NCBI GenBank assembly: GCA_024679065.1 | Contig: JAGIQG010000009.1 | Location: 61,318,001-61,382,000 of the forward strand | Origin: Sphyrna mokarran | Taxonomy: Eukaryota | DNA length: 64,000 nt | Reading direction: 5' to 3' | Shown here: positions 25,810 through 38,605 of the stretch, one piece after another | Layout of the letters: the number at the start of each line of letters is the position of its first letter | Position numbering within the stretch: the stretch's first letter is position 1 | Notes under the pieces: generated by a model | The model's database searches: none | What the model was told of the DNA's origin: nothing | The model's input: only the letters and a program-made list of their open reading frames with translations | Made by a program: the position numbers and the translations under genes

Positions 25810-27120
25810 AGTTTTGTCAAAGGTTATAAGATAATCTTAAAGGAGAATAGAGAGGCAGAGAGATTTAGAAGGACATCCAGAGCTTAGAGCTCACAAATGG
25901 TGAAAGAGGAAATCAAGGTAGCCCACATGGCCTGAATTGGTGGATACAAAGATCTTAAAGGTGATCTCTAGAAGAGGTTGCAGAAAGGGCTGAGACCAGG
26001 GTAAGATTTAAAAATGAAGATTGGAATTTTAAAATGGAGCTATTATGGAGCAGGGCTTAGGAAGTTCAGGCTGATGGGATTTTGGTGATTAAAGGGAGGG
26101 AGTTTTGATGAACTCAGGTTTATAAAGGGTGTGAGATAGGGGGTTAGTCAGGAAAGCATTGGAATAGTCAATTCGACAGGTAACAAAGGTATGGATAAGG
26201 GTTTCGGTAAAAGATGAGTTGAGGCAAGGCGGAAATTGGCAATTCTGAAGAGGATATGTGGACAGATGAAATGTAAAACCAAAGGTGTGAATGGTCTGTT
26301 TCAGCTTCAGAGAGTTACCAGGGATGAGGGTCAAGATTTAGGGACCAGAGTTAGAAGAGGCTGCCTTATTTCCAAATTAGTCGGAGTATGTCAGATAAGT
26401 GATCTGGCAAACACAGATAGTTACGTGTTGTGAGAGATGGCATTGTGGTGGAGCTGATTGTTGTCAGCTTATGTGTGGAACTTGACTTTATGTTTTCAGC
26501 TGATGTTGTTGAAGGCAGCATGCAGATGAGAAATAAAAGGGAGTAAAGGATAGATTCTTGGGGGAACACCAGTTATAAATGGTGTGGAAGTAGAAAGGAA
26601 AGACATTAGAAGTGATTCTATGGCTTCTACTAAACAAGTAAGACTGGATGTTAGCAGACCCACTCAGCTGGACAACAGTGGAGAGGGATGGTGTGATCAA
26701 CCATGTTGAAGACTGTAAGCATGTCAAGAATGATGAGGGGAGATAGTTCATCAGTTCACACTCACTCAGGATGTGACTTTGATTAACTTATTTGTAAGGA
26801 TTCAAACTTGAAGAAGGACCAGATTGGAGAGGTGACCACATATTCAAGGACTTTGGAATGAGAGGAAGCTAGGAGATAGAGCTGTAGTTTGCAAAAGTTG
26901 AGAGGTCAAGGATAGGTTATTTAAGGAGAAGGCTGTTTGTAGCAGTTTTGAAAGAGAAAGTTAGTTCACCTGAGGAGGTGGAACCATTGACAATATTAGC
27001 AAATAAAGGGAGCAGGAAGGGAAGGTGCATCTTTAACAGTTTGGCTGGGATAGGATGAAGGGAGCAGGGGTAATCTCGTGGACGAGATGTGCTCAGAGAC
27101 AATATGAGGGGAGGTAAGAT
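25810..27120 (-). mobile_element. L2-clade LINE ORF2 remnant
   Basis: Frameshifted peptides PIPAKLLK..LFANIVNGS..G..FKTA, PQESIL..LLFLICMLP and ETLIHTFVTCRIDYSNAFL. Confidence 0.75.
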
Positions 27121-28476
27121 GGAAACTAAGGAAAGGTTCTTAATTGGGCTAAAACAGAGAGGACTTTAGGCTTATGATCTACTAATTAATCAATATAATG
27201 CAGCATTCCACTTAGCCGGATTGCTGCTCTGATATAACTGGATCTGCTAAGTGTTTAATCTACTCTTACAGACTTCTCTCTAGTCCGTTAGATATTCTTC
27301 TTCCAATTTGTAGTGTACTGGCTGTACTTGTTCCAATTTCATTTGTAATAATTACTCCCACTTGCAAATACTGTCTGGCTTCTTCTACAGTTCCTTAGCC
27401 ATTCCTTTAGATTGCAGTAACATTCCAATCATTTAGTATCTACTCCAGATCTGACCATCTTTTATTGTGTTTCTGAATCCAGCTTATTTATGTAGATTAG
27501 AAACAATGCAGTCTGCAGCACCCATATTTGTGACAAGCCATTCAGTATGCCATACAATGTTTCTTCAATGCCCCAGCTGTTAGCCATGCAGTCTTATTCT
27601 GAGATGGATCTTTATTTAATAATTTTGTATTAACATCAAAACAACAGTAACACCTTTTATCTGAAAGTCTATTGTGAAATCTGTGGGGAGAAAATGTTTC
27701 TTTCTTGAGTCTCATTAATTTTATACTCATACCTTATAGTTCTGCATTTTTTGTCAAATTTAAATAGCTACTTTTATAACCAATGCCTGTCAACATGGTA
27801 TGTGGCAATTGAGATGAAACAACTTGTCTCTTCTGATCTGTTAATATGTTTATAACATTTACCATTCTTTTAAAACCTAAAAAAATCTTCACTCAGTCGT
27901 TCTTTTTCTCTAAAAATAAATTAACTTCTGTAAGTCTTTCTTCACAATGTACAACATCGATTTAATTTAACTGCTGAAGACAGTTTCACGCTAAGAGCAG
28001 TGAGCCCCTAATGCCATCAGAGACTCACATTTCCATGGGTTGTATTTATTGTGGTCTATCTCCACTTCTCCATTAATGGGAAAATTCATAAAAGAATGGA
28101 CAACACCACTCAGCAGAAATGGGAGTATACCTTATGGAGACATGCCTCTGTTTGCGCACCACTCCTCTAGGTATCTGTGACAAATATAAACATGCTTCAA
28201 GTAACTCATTCAAATCAGTTATCTTTATGGCACTTCACATTTAGCCTTAAAAAGGGACAATAAAACATGTTACAATTAATGGTAATGTTTTGGAAGCAAT
28301 TCTTAAAAGATGGCATGAGTGATGTGTCCGCCTTTGGATAATCTTTTAATTCCTTTTGTCTTGCTTTTATGTTGCTGTAAGGTTCTCCATGTTGTCCACT
28401 TCTTTGTCATATGTTGCTTTTTACTGGAATAGTCCAAGTACATGATTTATCTAATCATACCCAAGTTTATAAACAT

Positions 28477-30060
28477 GGGCTGAGATTCTCCCCAGAAAAT
28501 TTGGAGTTCCCAATTTGTGTGAAAACAGGAGTAACTCTCACCGACTTTTTTAGCATGATTTTCAAAGTGGATCTCCCAAACCCTGAGCATTGCAGAGTGC
28601 CCGAGCATGATTCAGTCTGAAAATCAGGGAGTGGAGCCTATTGCTGCCCAAGAGGCTGGCAGCATAGTGCTGAGCGAGACATTGTGCATGCACCGATCTG
28701 TCAGTGCCAAGATTGGCTCATGAGCAGTGCCCCCCCTCTCCCCACACCATTGCTGGCCTCCACATTGCTGGCCAACCCAATTGCTGGCCAGTCCCGCAAC
28801 CCTTTTGACCGCATCGCCCCCAATCGCTTGCCTCCCTGACTCCCTGGGCCAGTTCCGAAGTCCCCATCCCCGGCCCAGTCCCGGTCTCCCAGTACCCCCA
28901 CCTGGATGCCTAATGCCCCTACCCCCCCAACAGTCCCAATCAGCCCCCACATCCCGGCAACCCTGACCTCTCCCCTCACCTGGATGAGCAGCCCCGATCT
29001 CCTGATTCCATCCCCAACCAATAGTACTAATCCTCTTGATAGTGCAACCACCCCACCCCGACAATCCTGAACCCCCTCGCCTATGGGAGCCCGAACTCCC
29101 ATTACCATCTTGTCTCCCTCTGGCTGCAATTCCTATGCAGAGTGACAGTGGGACCTCCACCCACAATAGGAGCCCCAACAGGACCTTCCCCTCTGTCTCC
29201 GCCCCTTAATTGTCTTTTTTCCCTCCAGCTGGGTTGGGCCACCTGTTGCCCCAGTCTATTGTGCTGTCAGAGCTGGGAGAATCACCCTCATGTTCTCTTG
29301 GGCAGATCTTCGGCAGAAATTTTTCCAAACATTTCTGAGTGCCTTATTAGTAAGAAAACAGGGGGAGACTGTTTTTTTTTGGTGAGTTTGGCATTGCAGT
29401 CATCTGAAATTCTGTCAGTTATGTTGATAGCTGGGAATTTTGCATCCATGCAGGAGGTGTGGAGCCTAAATACACTGGTTAAGCTGGCTTCTGAGCACTC
29501 AGGCTGCATTGCGCGGGGTGCCCTGATCTGCTGGTGAACCAGGAAACCTGCTCCCAGTCCCTCAGGGACATCAGAATCCTGTCATAGTCTCCCCATTACA
29601 GTGCCCTGGAGGGGCTGTCTCGGTACACTTATAGTGCCCAATCAGGCACTGTCAAGGTGTTAGGTTGGCATTGCCAGCATGCCAGATGAGCACTGCAGGG
29701 GGCCAGGTGGGCACTGCTAAATGGACACTGCCAGGCTGGTACTGCCCAGCCATGTCCTCATCCACCCGAGGACTTAACGGCCTCCTTTTCCCCATAGTGA
29801 CCATGGTGCTTGGGCTCCGCTAGTGCACAGCAGTGATTCAAGCAGGCATGATATCTTGCTGGCAAGGTGGAAAACATCTGGGAGGGTGAAGGCAGCTATA
29901 CTGGACTCCCTAACTATATGAAGATCCAAGCAATTATATGGTGTGTGCAAAGTCACTTTTGCCAGCAAATTGGGATCGGAAAGGTACTTTGGCCTCTCAC
30001 CCTATCTTCCCGGCTCACTGCGCTGGTCGACGGGTGCGGTGAGCTGACAAGATTGCGTTC
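28477..30060. mobile_element. Two adjacent GC-rich non-autonomous DNA-transposon-like elements
   Basis: Inverted ends gggctgagattctccca / tgggagaatcaccc (28477-29287), with a second similar block at 29300-30060. Confidence 0.4.
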
Positions 30061-30135
30061 CTACTCTTTTTGGTGTTTCTTATTTTAGATCCCTCCCAAT
30101 CACATACCATCTAATGCTAAAGGCCAAGCTGCATA

Positions 30136-30155
30136 GTGCTCCATCTAGTGGACCA
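30136..30155 (-). promoter_or_regulatory. CTCF-like binding motif
   Basis: Reverse complement TGGTCCACTAGATGGAGCAC is close to the CTCF consensus TGGCCACYAGRKGGCRCT. Confidence 0.55.
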
Positions 30156-30517
30156 GACAAAAAACAGTGAAACTCATTCAATGTAGACAGGCGAGTTGCC
30201 ATGTTTGATGTAAGATTTTTGCTGACATTGTTTGAAAGTCCAATGCTACATTAATATCTTTTCATAGTCATAACTATGATACAACAAAATCTGGGTGAAT
30301 TCTAGCTCTGGACATAAGTTCTCCTGTTATCCAAGGCTGTTACTAAGTGAGAAACTTTCATCCCTCCAGATCTATTGCATAGAACAAATTTTCATGATAA
30401 CTAATATGAATAATCAATGAATTTCAGAGTAACGGGTATATTTCACACTTCTGAATTCACAACCCAACAACCAACCTTTCCAATTGCCTTGACAAAGCAA
30501 GAAATTGCCAGGCCTGG

Positions 30518-30813
30518 GACAGTGCAGTAGCACAGTGGGTAGCAGTGCTATCTCACAGTGCCAGGAACCTGGTTTGATTTCCAGCTTGGGTCACTGTCTG
30601 TGTGGAGTTTGCACATTCCCCTTGTGTCTATGTGGGTTTCCTCCAGGTGCTCCGGTTTCTTCTCACAGTCCGAAAGACATGCTGTTTAGGTGCATTGTCC
30701 CTGTTAAATTCTTCCTCAGTGTACCTGTACCAGAGTGTGACAACTGGGAGATTTTCAGAGTAACTTTATTGTAATGTTAATTAAGTCTTATGGCACTAAT
30801 AAACAAATAAATA
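30518..30813 (+). mobile_element. HE1-like V-SINE
   Basis: Same head, V domain and tail as the 20801 copy. Confidence 0.85.
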
Positions 30814-30997
30814 AGATGCTGACATTTTCTAACAAAGACACTACAACCTTGGTTATGGTAACAAACAGCAATGTCAAGAATATAATGCTACCTTACTGTA
30901 CCACTCATTGGTGATTGTAACAAAGTTACTTTCTCTTTTACCTGCAGCACTATTACACTCAATTTGTGCAGTACACAGATTAATTTGGAAGATGGCA

Positions 30998-31352
30998 TAT
31001 GAATGGTATAGATAGAGTGAATGAAAGAAGGCTTTTTCCACTGAGGTTGGGAGAGAAAAAAACCAGAGGGCATGGGTTAAGGGTGAAAGGAGAAAAGTTT
31101 GAAGGGAATATTAGTGGGGGCTTCTTCACAGAAGAGTGATGGGAGTGTGGAATCAGCTGCCAGATAAAGTGATAAATGTGGAGTCACTTTTAACATTTAA
31201 GAAAAACTTGGACAGGTACATGAGAGGGGTGTGGAGGGATATGGTCCAAGTGCAGGTCAGTGGGACTAAGCAAAATATGGGTCGGCAGAGACAAGAAGGG
31301 CCAAAAGGCCTGTTTCTGAGCTGTAATTTTCTGTGGTTCTATGGTTCTTTCT
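30998..31352 (+). mobile_element. CR1 LINE 3' fragment
   Basis: Encodes GVWNQLPDKVI..SLLTFKKNLDRYM, followed by the CR1 tail. Confidence 0.8.
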
Positions 31353-34300
31353 ATGAAGATATTAATACAGAGTGCAACATACTTCACTATTATCTCTCTC
31401 AACAGATCAGACATATCAGATCACATCACAGGCATTCCTTGACTGCTCTTTCTGATTCTCTTCCACCCGATGTAATGTGAGTGGAGGACTGAATCCAATC
31501 CTAATACTATGCCAAACATTTGAACCTTCTCTTAAAATATGTATTAGATTTTTTTTTTATTCACTCACAGGTGTTTCTGGATAGCTCAGCCTTTGTTGCT
31601 TATTCCTAAGGGGAATGCCACCTTAGCCCTGACCTCCTGGAGGGCCTTCAATGGCCGCTCTTCAGTGGGGTCAGCCAGCAGTTCTCCATTAGTGGGGAGC
31701 AGTTGTAAACCCCTCTGGAGTGAATCACCCCTAGCAGGATAAGGGGGGTTGTGGGGTGGGGGTGATGCTGGGGGGAAAGGGGCAGGAGAGAAATGCTAAT
31801 GGGTTCAGAAACTTAAGTCCCGGGCCCGCTAATGACATTGAAATCCTGATTACTCTGGAAAACTACGGCATGGAGATGCATGAAGCCATGGTACTGCGTA
31901 GGAAGCCTGTGAAATGGCTTCCGCTGATGTTTCCTGGCCTGTGAGAATCTGAGCATTGAGAAAATTGCCCTCATTGTCTTTCAGGTATGTTTTGGTCAAT
32001 ATTACTATGTTAGGTGGGACGGTTCTCTCAGTTTAGACACAAGCATCCAGTAAGGAGTACTTTGCAGGGTCAGCAGGTATGGATGTGCCATTGTCATTTC
32101 CAGTCTCTAGATTAATGCCAGGTGGTCCATCCAATTTCATTCATTTTTGACTATTTGGTAGAGATTTGGTACAACTGAGTGGTTTGCTAAGCCATTTCAG
32201 AAGGCATTTATGAGTCAAACGCATTTGTATGTGTTTGGAGTCACATGCAGGCCAGAAAAGATACAGACGTTGGATTTCCTTCCCCAAAGGACATCAGTGA
32301 ACCAGATGGGTTTTTATGACAATCAATGATAGTTCCATGGTCACTATTGTTGAGACTATCTTTCCAGAAAATGAAAATGAAAGCTACATACACAAAGAAG
32401 GAATATCCAAGAATTAAAGAAAAAATGTAAAGAATTTGGTGTGAAATTCTTAAGCATTTTTTGAATTTTTCCAATTAGTGTGAATCTGGTCATTAAGATT
32501 AATTGGGTGGTGGACTACATCACAAAGGGAATGAATGGAATATGGGCACATATTGTTTTGAAGTCTTGCATTCAGTATTTTATTGAAATGGCGTTTTCAA
32601 GTATCATGCACACCTTTAGGCATTTTATATTTAAAAACACACTGATATACTGTAGAGAGAGATTATGGGATTCAGATTCTGAACTATCTTGAAGGAAAGC
32701 TTTAAGAAATGAATGACCCTTCATTAATTTGAAACATTGGGTGAGATTTTATGGCCTCACTCGTCCCGAAACCATAAAATCCCACCCAAGGCCAACGGGC
32801 ATTTCCATGTTCTGCCCTTCGCGGATACGGTAGTAAAATTCTGGCCATTAACTCTATTTCTCTGTCCACAGATGATGCCAGACCTGCTGAGTATTTTCAA
32901 CATTTTCCCTTTCTTTTCAGATTTCCGCATCCACCATATAGTCCTCTTAAATATGAGTTTCATTTTCGTTAGGGAAAAGGGTTAAAGAAAGAATAGGGTC
33001 TTTTTTTTTAAAATACAGAGAAAATTGATTCATTTTTACTTAGAATATAACTACAGCATTAGAGGATCTGAAATTGAGATTGCCAAGGTTTCAGAAGGAT
33101 TTATTTCTCCTCAAGAGTATTGAATGCTAAGTAGAGACTTGCAGCTAAAGTGGTTAATGCTCAGTTTGACATCTTCAATAAAAAAAGAGTTGGATTACTC
33201 TGGTTAGCAACAGGGTTATAAGTTATAGCGGGCCGTTTTTAATAAGATTGTTGTTTCGCTGCTGGGAACATGGAAATTTTAAAAGTAAGATGAATATCGT
33301 CCGAAATGAAGGTTAGATAAATTGTTTGGAGTCTTGGCTCTATTGAACTTTCAAAGAAGTGTTGCTGTTCCTTCCCTCTGACAACACCATGGGGATAGTC
33401 CTGAGCCCATCCTCGTCAAAAGTGCAAATGGCAGCGGGGGATCCAAGTCCAGAAGTTGCAGTGAGTGAACAAATTTACACTGATGAGCAAATTCAGATCG
33501 TCTCTGCTCCTCGTTGGCAATGTCATCAGGTTCAGGCCCCTGAAGGGCGTGAGGCTACTTTACATTGGCTGTGAATAGATTTTAATGTAATTAATCCACT
33601 ATCCCACCAGATATTGACTCCCACCAAATATTGACACAGCACTGATGTGACGTCACGCTGATATGGTTTACAGCAGGTTTACTTCGATGTGGTGAAGATC
33701 TCCCTAGAGGTGTAAAGGTAAACATAGCCCTGGGCGAGAGGGACTTGGCCAGACAGCATCATAAGCATGTGGAGGAAGGTGCTGATGATCTGGGTGTGAA
33801 TGGGTCAATGATCAGGGGGAGGGAGGGTAGAAAAGTGTCAACTCTAATCGGGGGTGGGGAGATGAGCCCCTGAGACCTCTTGATGGGCTGGGAAGAAGGG
33901 TTACCCAGGATCTGATGAGGGGACTCTTTAAAGATGGTGTTCCCATCTCTGAGCAGCTGTGTTTTACTGATGTGTTGAAACCTCACCCCCTGTATGGAGT
34001 GAAACACACTCGCTTGATGTTTTTTTGGCAGAGTGTCGTAATATCTGGAGAGAAAATTGACATGTTTCTCTGGAGGGAAATACACCAGTTTTCTCATTGG
34101 AAGGAACACTGCCATTTTTTGGTAAGTTTTAGCTTCATGAATTGGACCAACATCATGACTGCTGACTGACTGGGAAAAGATTAGTTAGATGATCACTATG
34201 TTCCATGTATTTCTAGATGTCTACAACTCCAAATTATCGTGTGGGTGCCAACAGTACTGTTATAACATGGGGTGACTCAGAATCTTCAACTAATTGGAAG

Positions 34301-36229
34301 CTAGTAGAACTCTATTCAAGTGTTTGTTGGGATCACTGAATGAAAAGTCGGGTAGCCATACAATAACAATAACCCCTTCTGGTAGATGAAAAGGGAAGCA
34401 TTTAAACCCAATCGGCATGTTGGGAAGCTGATGAGATCAGGTACAAGATGAGCTTTACACCTGCCTGATTTTTCTTTGCAAATGGAAGTCAGTGGAAAGT
34501 AAGATTGCACAAGATATAAATCGCCATTTTACTTGATGCTGCTGGTTTCCCTCTGAGTTTGGTTAAAATGATTGCAATGCAAACAATTGGAATACATTCC
34601 AATTTGTGGGAGGTGTACAATATTCCAACTCCGTAGTAAGGAAACTGCAACATCAAGGAATTTCTCCCAGTCGTGATCAGATTTACACTAATGAATGGCA
34701 ACTCCTTCAGGGAAGTGACAAAGAGTTGTATGAAGTAATAACAGAACTTTTTGGTCCTGCACACTTGCTGGCAAGAGATCCAGAAACATTCAGTTTAATT
34801 ATTAGCGCCATAAAATACTGGTGTATTTACCTTTATTTAATTGCACTTTGTAAAATACATTATCAACACTACCAGGTGCTGGAGTTCACAGTATCACTCA
34901 CAAAGAAAGTCCACAAAAGGAGATTTGAAAAATGACTTTGTCGATGGATTCAAAGGCTCTTCTTTTACCTCGCAGCATCCACCTTTTTTCAACAACCACA
35001 CAATGTACTTGTAGGGAATCCAGGGCAAGAATGTACAGTTTGTTATATGCTTTTTCTGTCTTTCATATATTTATATTCTGATAAAATCCTTTTTTATTAG
35101 AAATGAACAGTTGAACCCCTAAGCCAGCTGTGGCACACACTCAATTGTGCCAAAAACTGTTTCACCCACGGGGATAGTCTCAAGAAAGTTTATGTGTGTG
35201 TTCAGATGGTGGGTGTGTTACCTTCAATCGGTTATGCAAGATTGTGATTTCACTCTTCTTGGAGTACAGGAGAGGTTTCCCGCTCCACACACAGATCAGA
35301 AGCAGTTGTAGTCAACACTTCATGAGGTCAATCTAAAGGAAATAAATTATAAGCAGAATTCAGATCCAGGGAAGAGAACACTTCCAATTTTTTTAGAAAG
35401 TGAAAAAATAATTAATTTTACAAGTACACCAGTAAAGGTCAGTCTCCTGGCTCAGTTAAACAACAAACTGGCTGGTTACGTAAGCACAATTGCACATTGC
35501 AGTCATTGCATGGTATTAATGTAAATTCAATGAATTTACTGAATGTGGTGAGGACAAACACATGCATTGGGCACAATTTGGTTGCTCTACAGAAACCTCT
35601 AATTTTGCACAAGTAATGAATGTTACCTGTTTCAGGGAGGTGACAAATAGTTATCTCAAAGAGCTGAAACTCACACAATGATTCCTTGTTCCATTAGATT
35701 CAACAGCTTGTTCAAGATAATTCCTCCAATGATAAAACTAACAGTTATGATTACAAGGTTCTGGTGCCATATTTAAACATCAGACCAGCCACACTCCTAC
35801 CACTCTCTCCAGCCCACCTATCTTTACCAGACCATGCAGGATGTCAGCAACTCACAGGGAAAAGGCTAACAGCTTCAAGAAATCAACTCCTTGATTCAAC
35901 CACCTTCCCTGGGAGCTCATCACCTGTGAGGTGCCCAGGCCCCACTTGGATCTCTACACACCACATCTGGATTCTTCATGCATCCCCTTCTGATAGACAA
36001 CGGAATATTGTGGTGATTTTCCCTTTAAGGATCCAGCTTCAAAGTAAAGGTCATCTGACCCAGGGAACCAATCAGGGAGTAGGATGGGGAATCACTCAGG
36101 TGAGCTCGGGAATTCTGTTCTAGAATCTTCTTGGGAGAAGACTGATAGCCATGAGGTTACAAGCCTCTATATTTAGTTATATGTAAATGTCTTCACTGCC
36201 CTCTGCCTTTGAAAACAACCAGCATAATC

Positions 36230-36540
36230 AAGAATGCCGCGCACCCCAAACATACTCTCTTCCACTTTCTTCCATAGTAAAATGATACAAAAATCTGAGG
36301 TCACCAATTGACTCAAGAACAGCTTCTTCCTTGCTGCTGTCAAACTTTTGAATGGACCTACCTTGCATTAAGTTAATCATTCTCCACACCCTAGCTATGA
36401 TGGTAACATTACATTCTGCACTCTCTCCTTTTCCTGCTCTATGTACAGTCTTTGTCTGTAAACTATGCAAAAAATAACACTTCTCACTGTATACTAAGAC
36501 ATAATAGATCAAAATCAAATCAAGTCAAATCAACTCAAAC
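36230..36540 (+). mobile_element. Rex/Babar-type LINE 3' end
   Basis: ctcaagaacagcttcttccttgctgctgtcaaacttttgaat (LKNSFF.AAVKLLN) and an (AAATC)n tail. Confidence 0.65.
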
Positions 36541-37344
36541 ATTGCAGCTGTTATTTACCTAATGGGTGAACTGGGATTATTACAGCTATTGCTGTGACCC
36601 ATTTGTTTGTGAATTTTTCATGTAGCCTTGTCAGGGTCCAGTTCCCCTGTCCTTGGTCTTCCCATTATCTTCTGTTGTTCATTTTCTTCAACCACCCCAC
36701 CTCCCACCCCTCTGTTTGCCATCATGAGCACTTCCTCCCCTCCTGTCACTGACTTCCTTCCACATTGCCCCTGTTGTCTTCCGCAGGAAACCCCCACCCT
36801 CTCCCAGTCTCACCTTGCAGGCCATCCCAACCAAACTGCACACCTTTGCTGTGATGTTTGCCTGAGTGCCACAGCATGGTGCTATCCAGATAGATACTGG
36901 TGTACGGCAGGAGGGAAGAAGATCCTCTACTCACCAATCCCAAGCGATGTACTGATCCAACACGGTGACATAGGAGGGTCAATGGATGCAGCAGCACAGT
37001 GTCGTCCATGAAGACTAGCTCAGCATGGAGATGGAGGCAGGAAACCGGTCTGACCCAGCTGAGTGCTGAACAGCGCATCAGAAACAGCAACATTATGGTA
37101 GAAGAGTTTATTGCACTGATCTCAAAGTCTCTGGTAAACCTAGGAGAACGTTATGCATATCACTCTTTAGCAATTGTGTCTTAGGATGATGTAATTTCAC
37201 ATTGGCTTGATGCAAAGACAGCTGCTTTAATGAACATTTGTAAGATACAAATGAATCCAAATGTCCATCATGCTACCAGCCAGCAGGAAGACTTGTTGGT
37301 TCCTGCGAGATCATCTGCTCCTCAATATAAAACTCCTTCAAAGT

Positions 37345-38605
37345 AACACTCCCTCATTGTGGCACTCCCTCAGTGTGATATTCTCAGTGTGAAACTCCCT
37401 CAGTGTGACACTTCCTCTGTATGACATTTCCTCAATGTGATATTCTCAGTGTGACACTTCTTCAATGTGACATTCCCTCACTGTGACACTCTGTCAATAT
37501 GACACTTGCCCAGTTTGACTCTCCCTCAGTGTGGCATTCTTTCAGTGTGACACTCTATCAGTGTGACCCTCTGTCAATATGACATTCCCTCGTGTGACAT
37601 TTTCTTAGCGTAACATGCTCTTGGTGTTTCAGTCTATCAGTGTGACACTCTCAGTGTGACACTCTCTCAGTGTAATACTCTCTCAATGTGACACTCTTTT
37701 AATGTGACATTCTCTCAGTATTATATGCTGTCAGTGTGACACTCCCTCAGTGTGACACTCCCTCAGTGTTACACTCCTTCAGTATGATGATTCCTCAGTG
37801 TTACATTCTCTCAGTATGACACTCCCTCATTGTGACACTGTATCAGTGTAACACTGCCTCAATGTGACATTCCCTCAGTGTAACATTCCCTCAGTATGAC
37901 ACTTTCTCAGTGTGATACTCCATCAGTATGATGGTCTGTCAATGTGACATTCCCCCAGTGTGACTCTTCCTCAATGAGACACTCTGTTAATGTGACACTC
38001 TCTCAGTGTGATACTTTCTCAGTGTGACACTCCCTCAGTGTGACACTCCCTCAGTATGACACTCCGACAATGTTACACTCCCCCAGTGTAACTCTCCCTC
38101 AGTGTGACACTCCCACAGCGTGACACTCCCTCAGTGTGACACTCTCTCAGTGTGACTCTCTCAATGTGACACTGCCTCAGTGTGACACTCTCTTAGTGTG
38201 ACACTCAATGTTTTACACTGTCAATGTGATATTCCTTCAGTGTGACACCCTCTAGTATGACACTGCCTCAATATGACGCTTCCTCAGTATGATGCTTCCT
38301 CAGTGTTACATTCTCTCAGTGTGACACTCCTTCAATATGAAACTCTATCAGTGTGACACTCCCTTAATGTGACACTCCCTCAGTGTGACACTCTGTCGAT
38401 GTGAGACTTCCCCAGTGTGACTCTCCCTCAATGTGACATTCTATCAGTGTGACACTCCGTCAGTATTACACTTCCTCACTGTGACACTCTCTCAGTGTGT
38501 CATTCTATCAGTGTAACACTCCCTCAGTGTGACACTCCCTCATTGTGACACTCCCTCAGTGTGACACTCAGTGTGGCACTCTCTCAATGTGATACTTCCT
38601 CAATA
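37345..38605. repeat. 16-bp tandem satellite, roughly 75-80 diverged units
   Basis: Consensus CCCTCAGTGTGACACT repeated over about 1.26 kb. Confidence 0.95.

Noticed and set aside
28131-28174. Small ag..gt-bounded 44-nt segment on the minus strand
   Set aside because: It is not a multiple of three, shows no homology to NR5A2 and has a weak donor.
28624-29178. Gly-rich and Pro-rich ORFs of 142-184 aa
   Set aside because: They come from the C-rich interior of a repeat element and show no domain or splice support.
37345-38605. CRISPR-like array or RAG recombination-signal array (CTCAGTG and CACTGTG resemble the heptamer)
   Set aside because: There are no unique spacers or cas genes, the DNA is eukaryotic, and there are no nonamers at 12/23 spacing or Ig/TCR segments.
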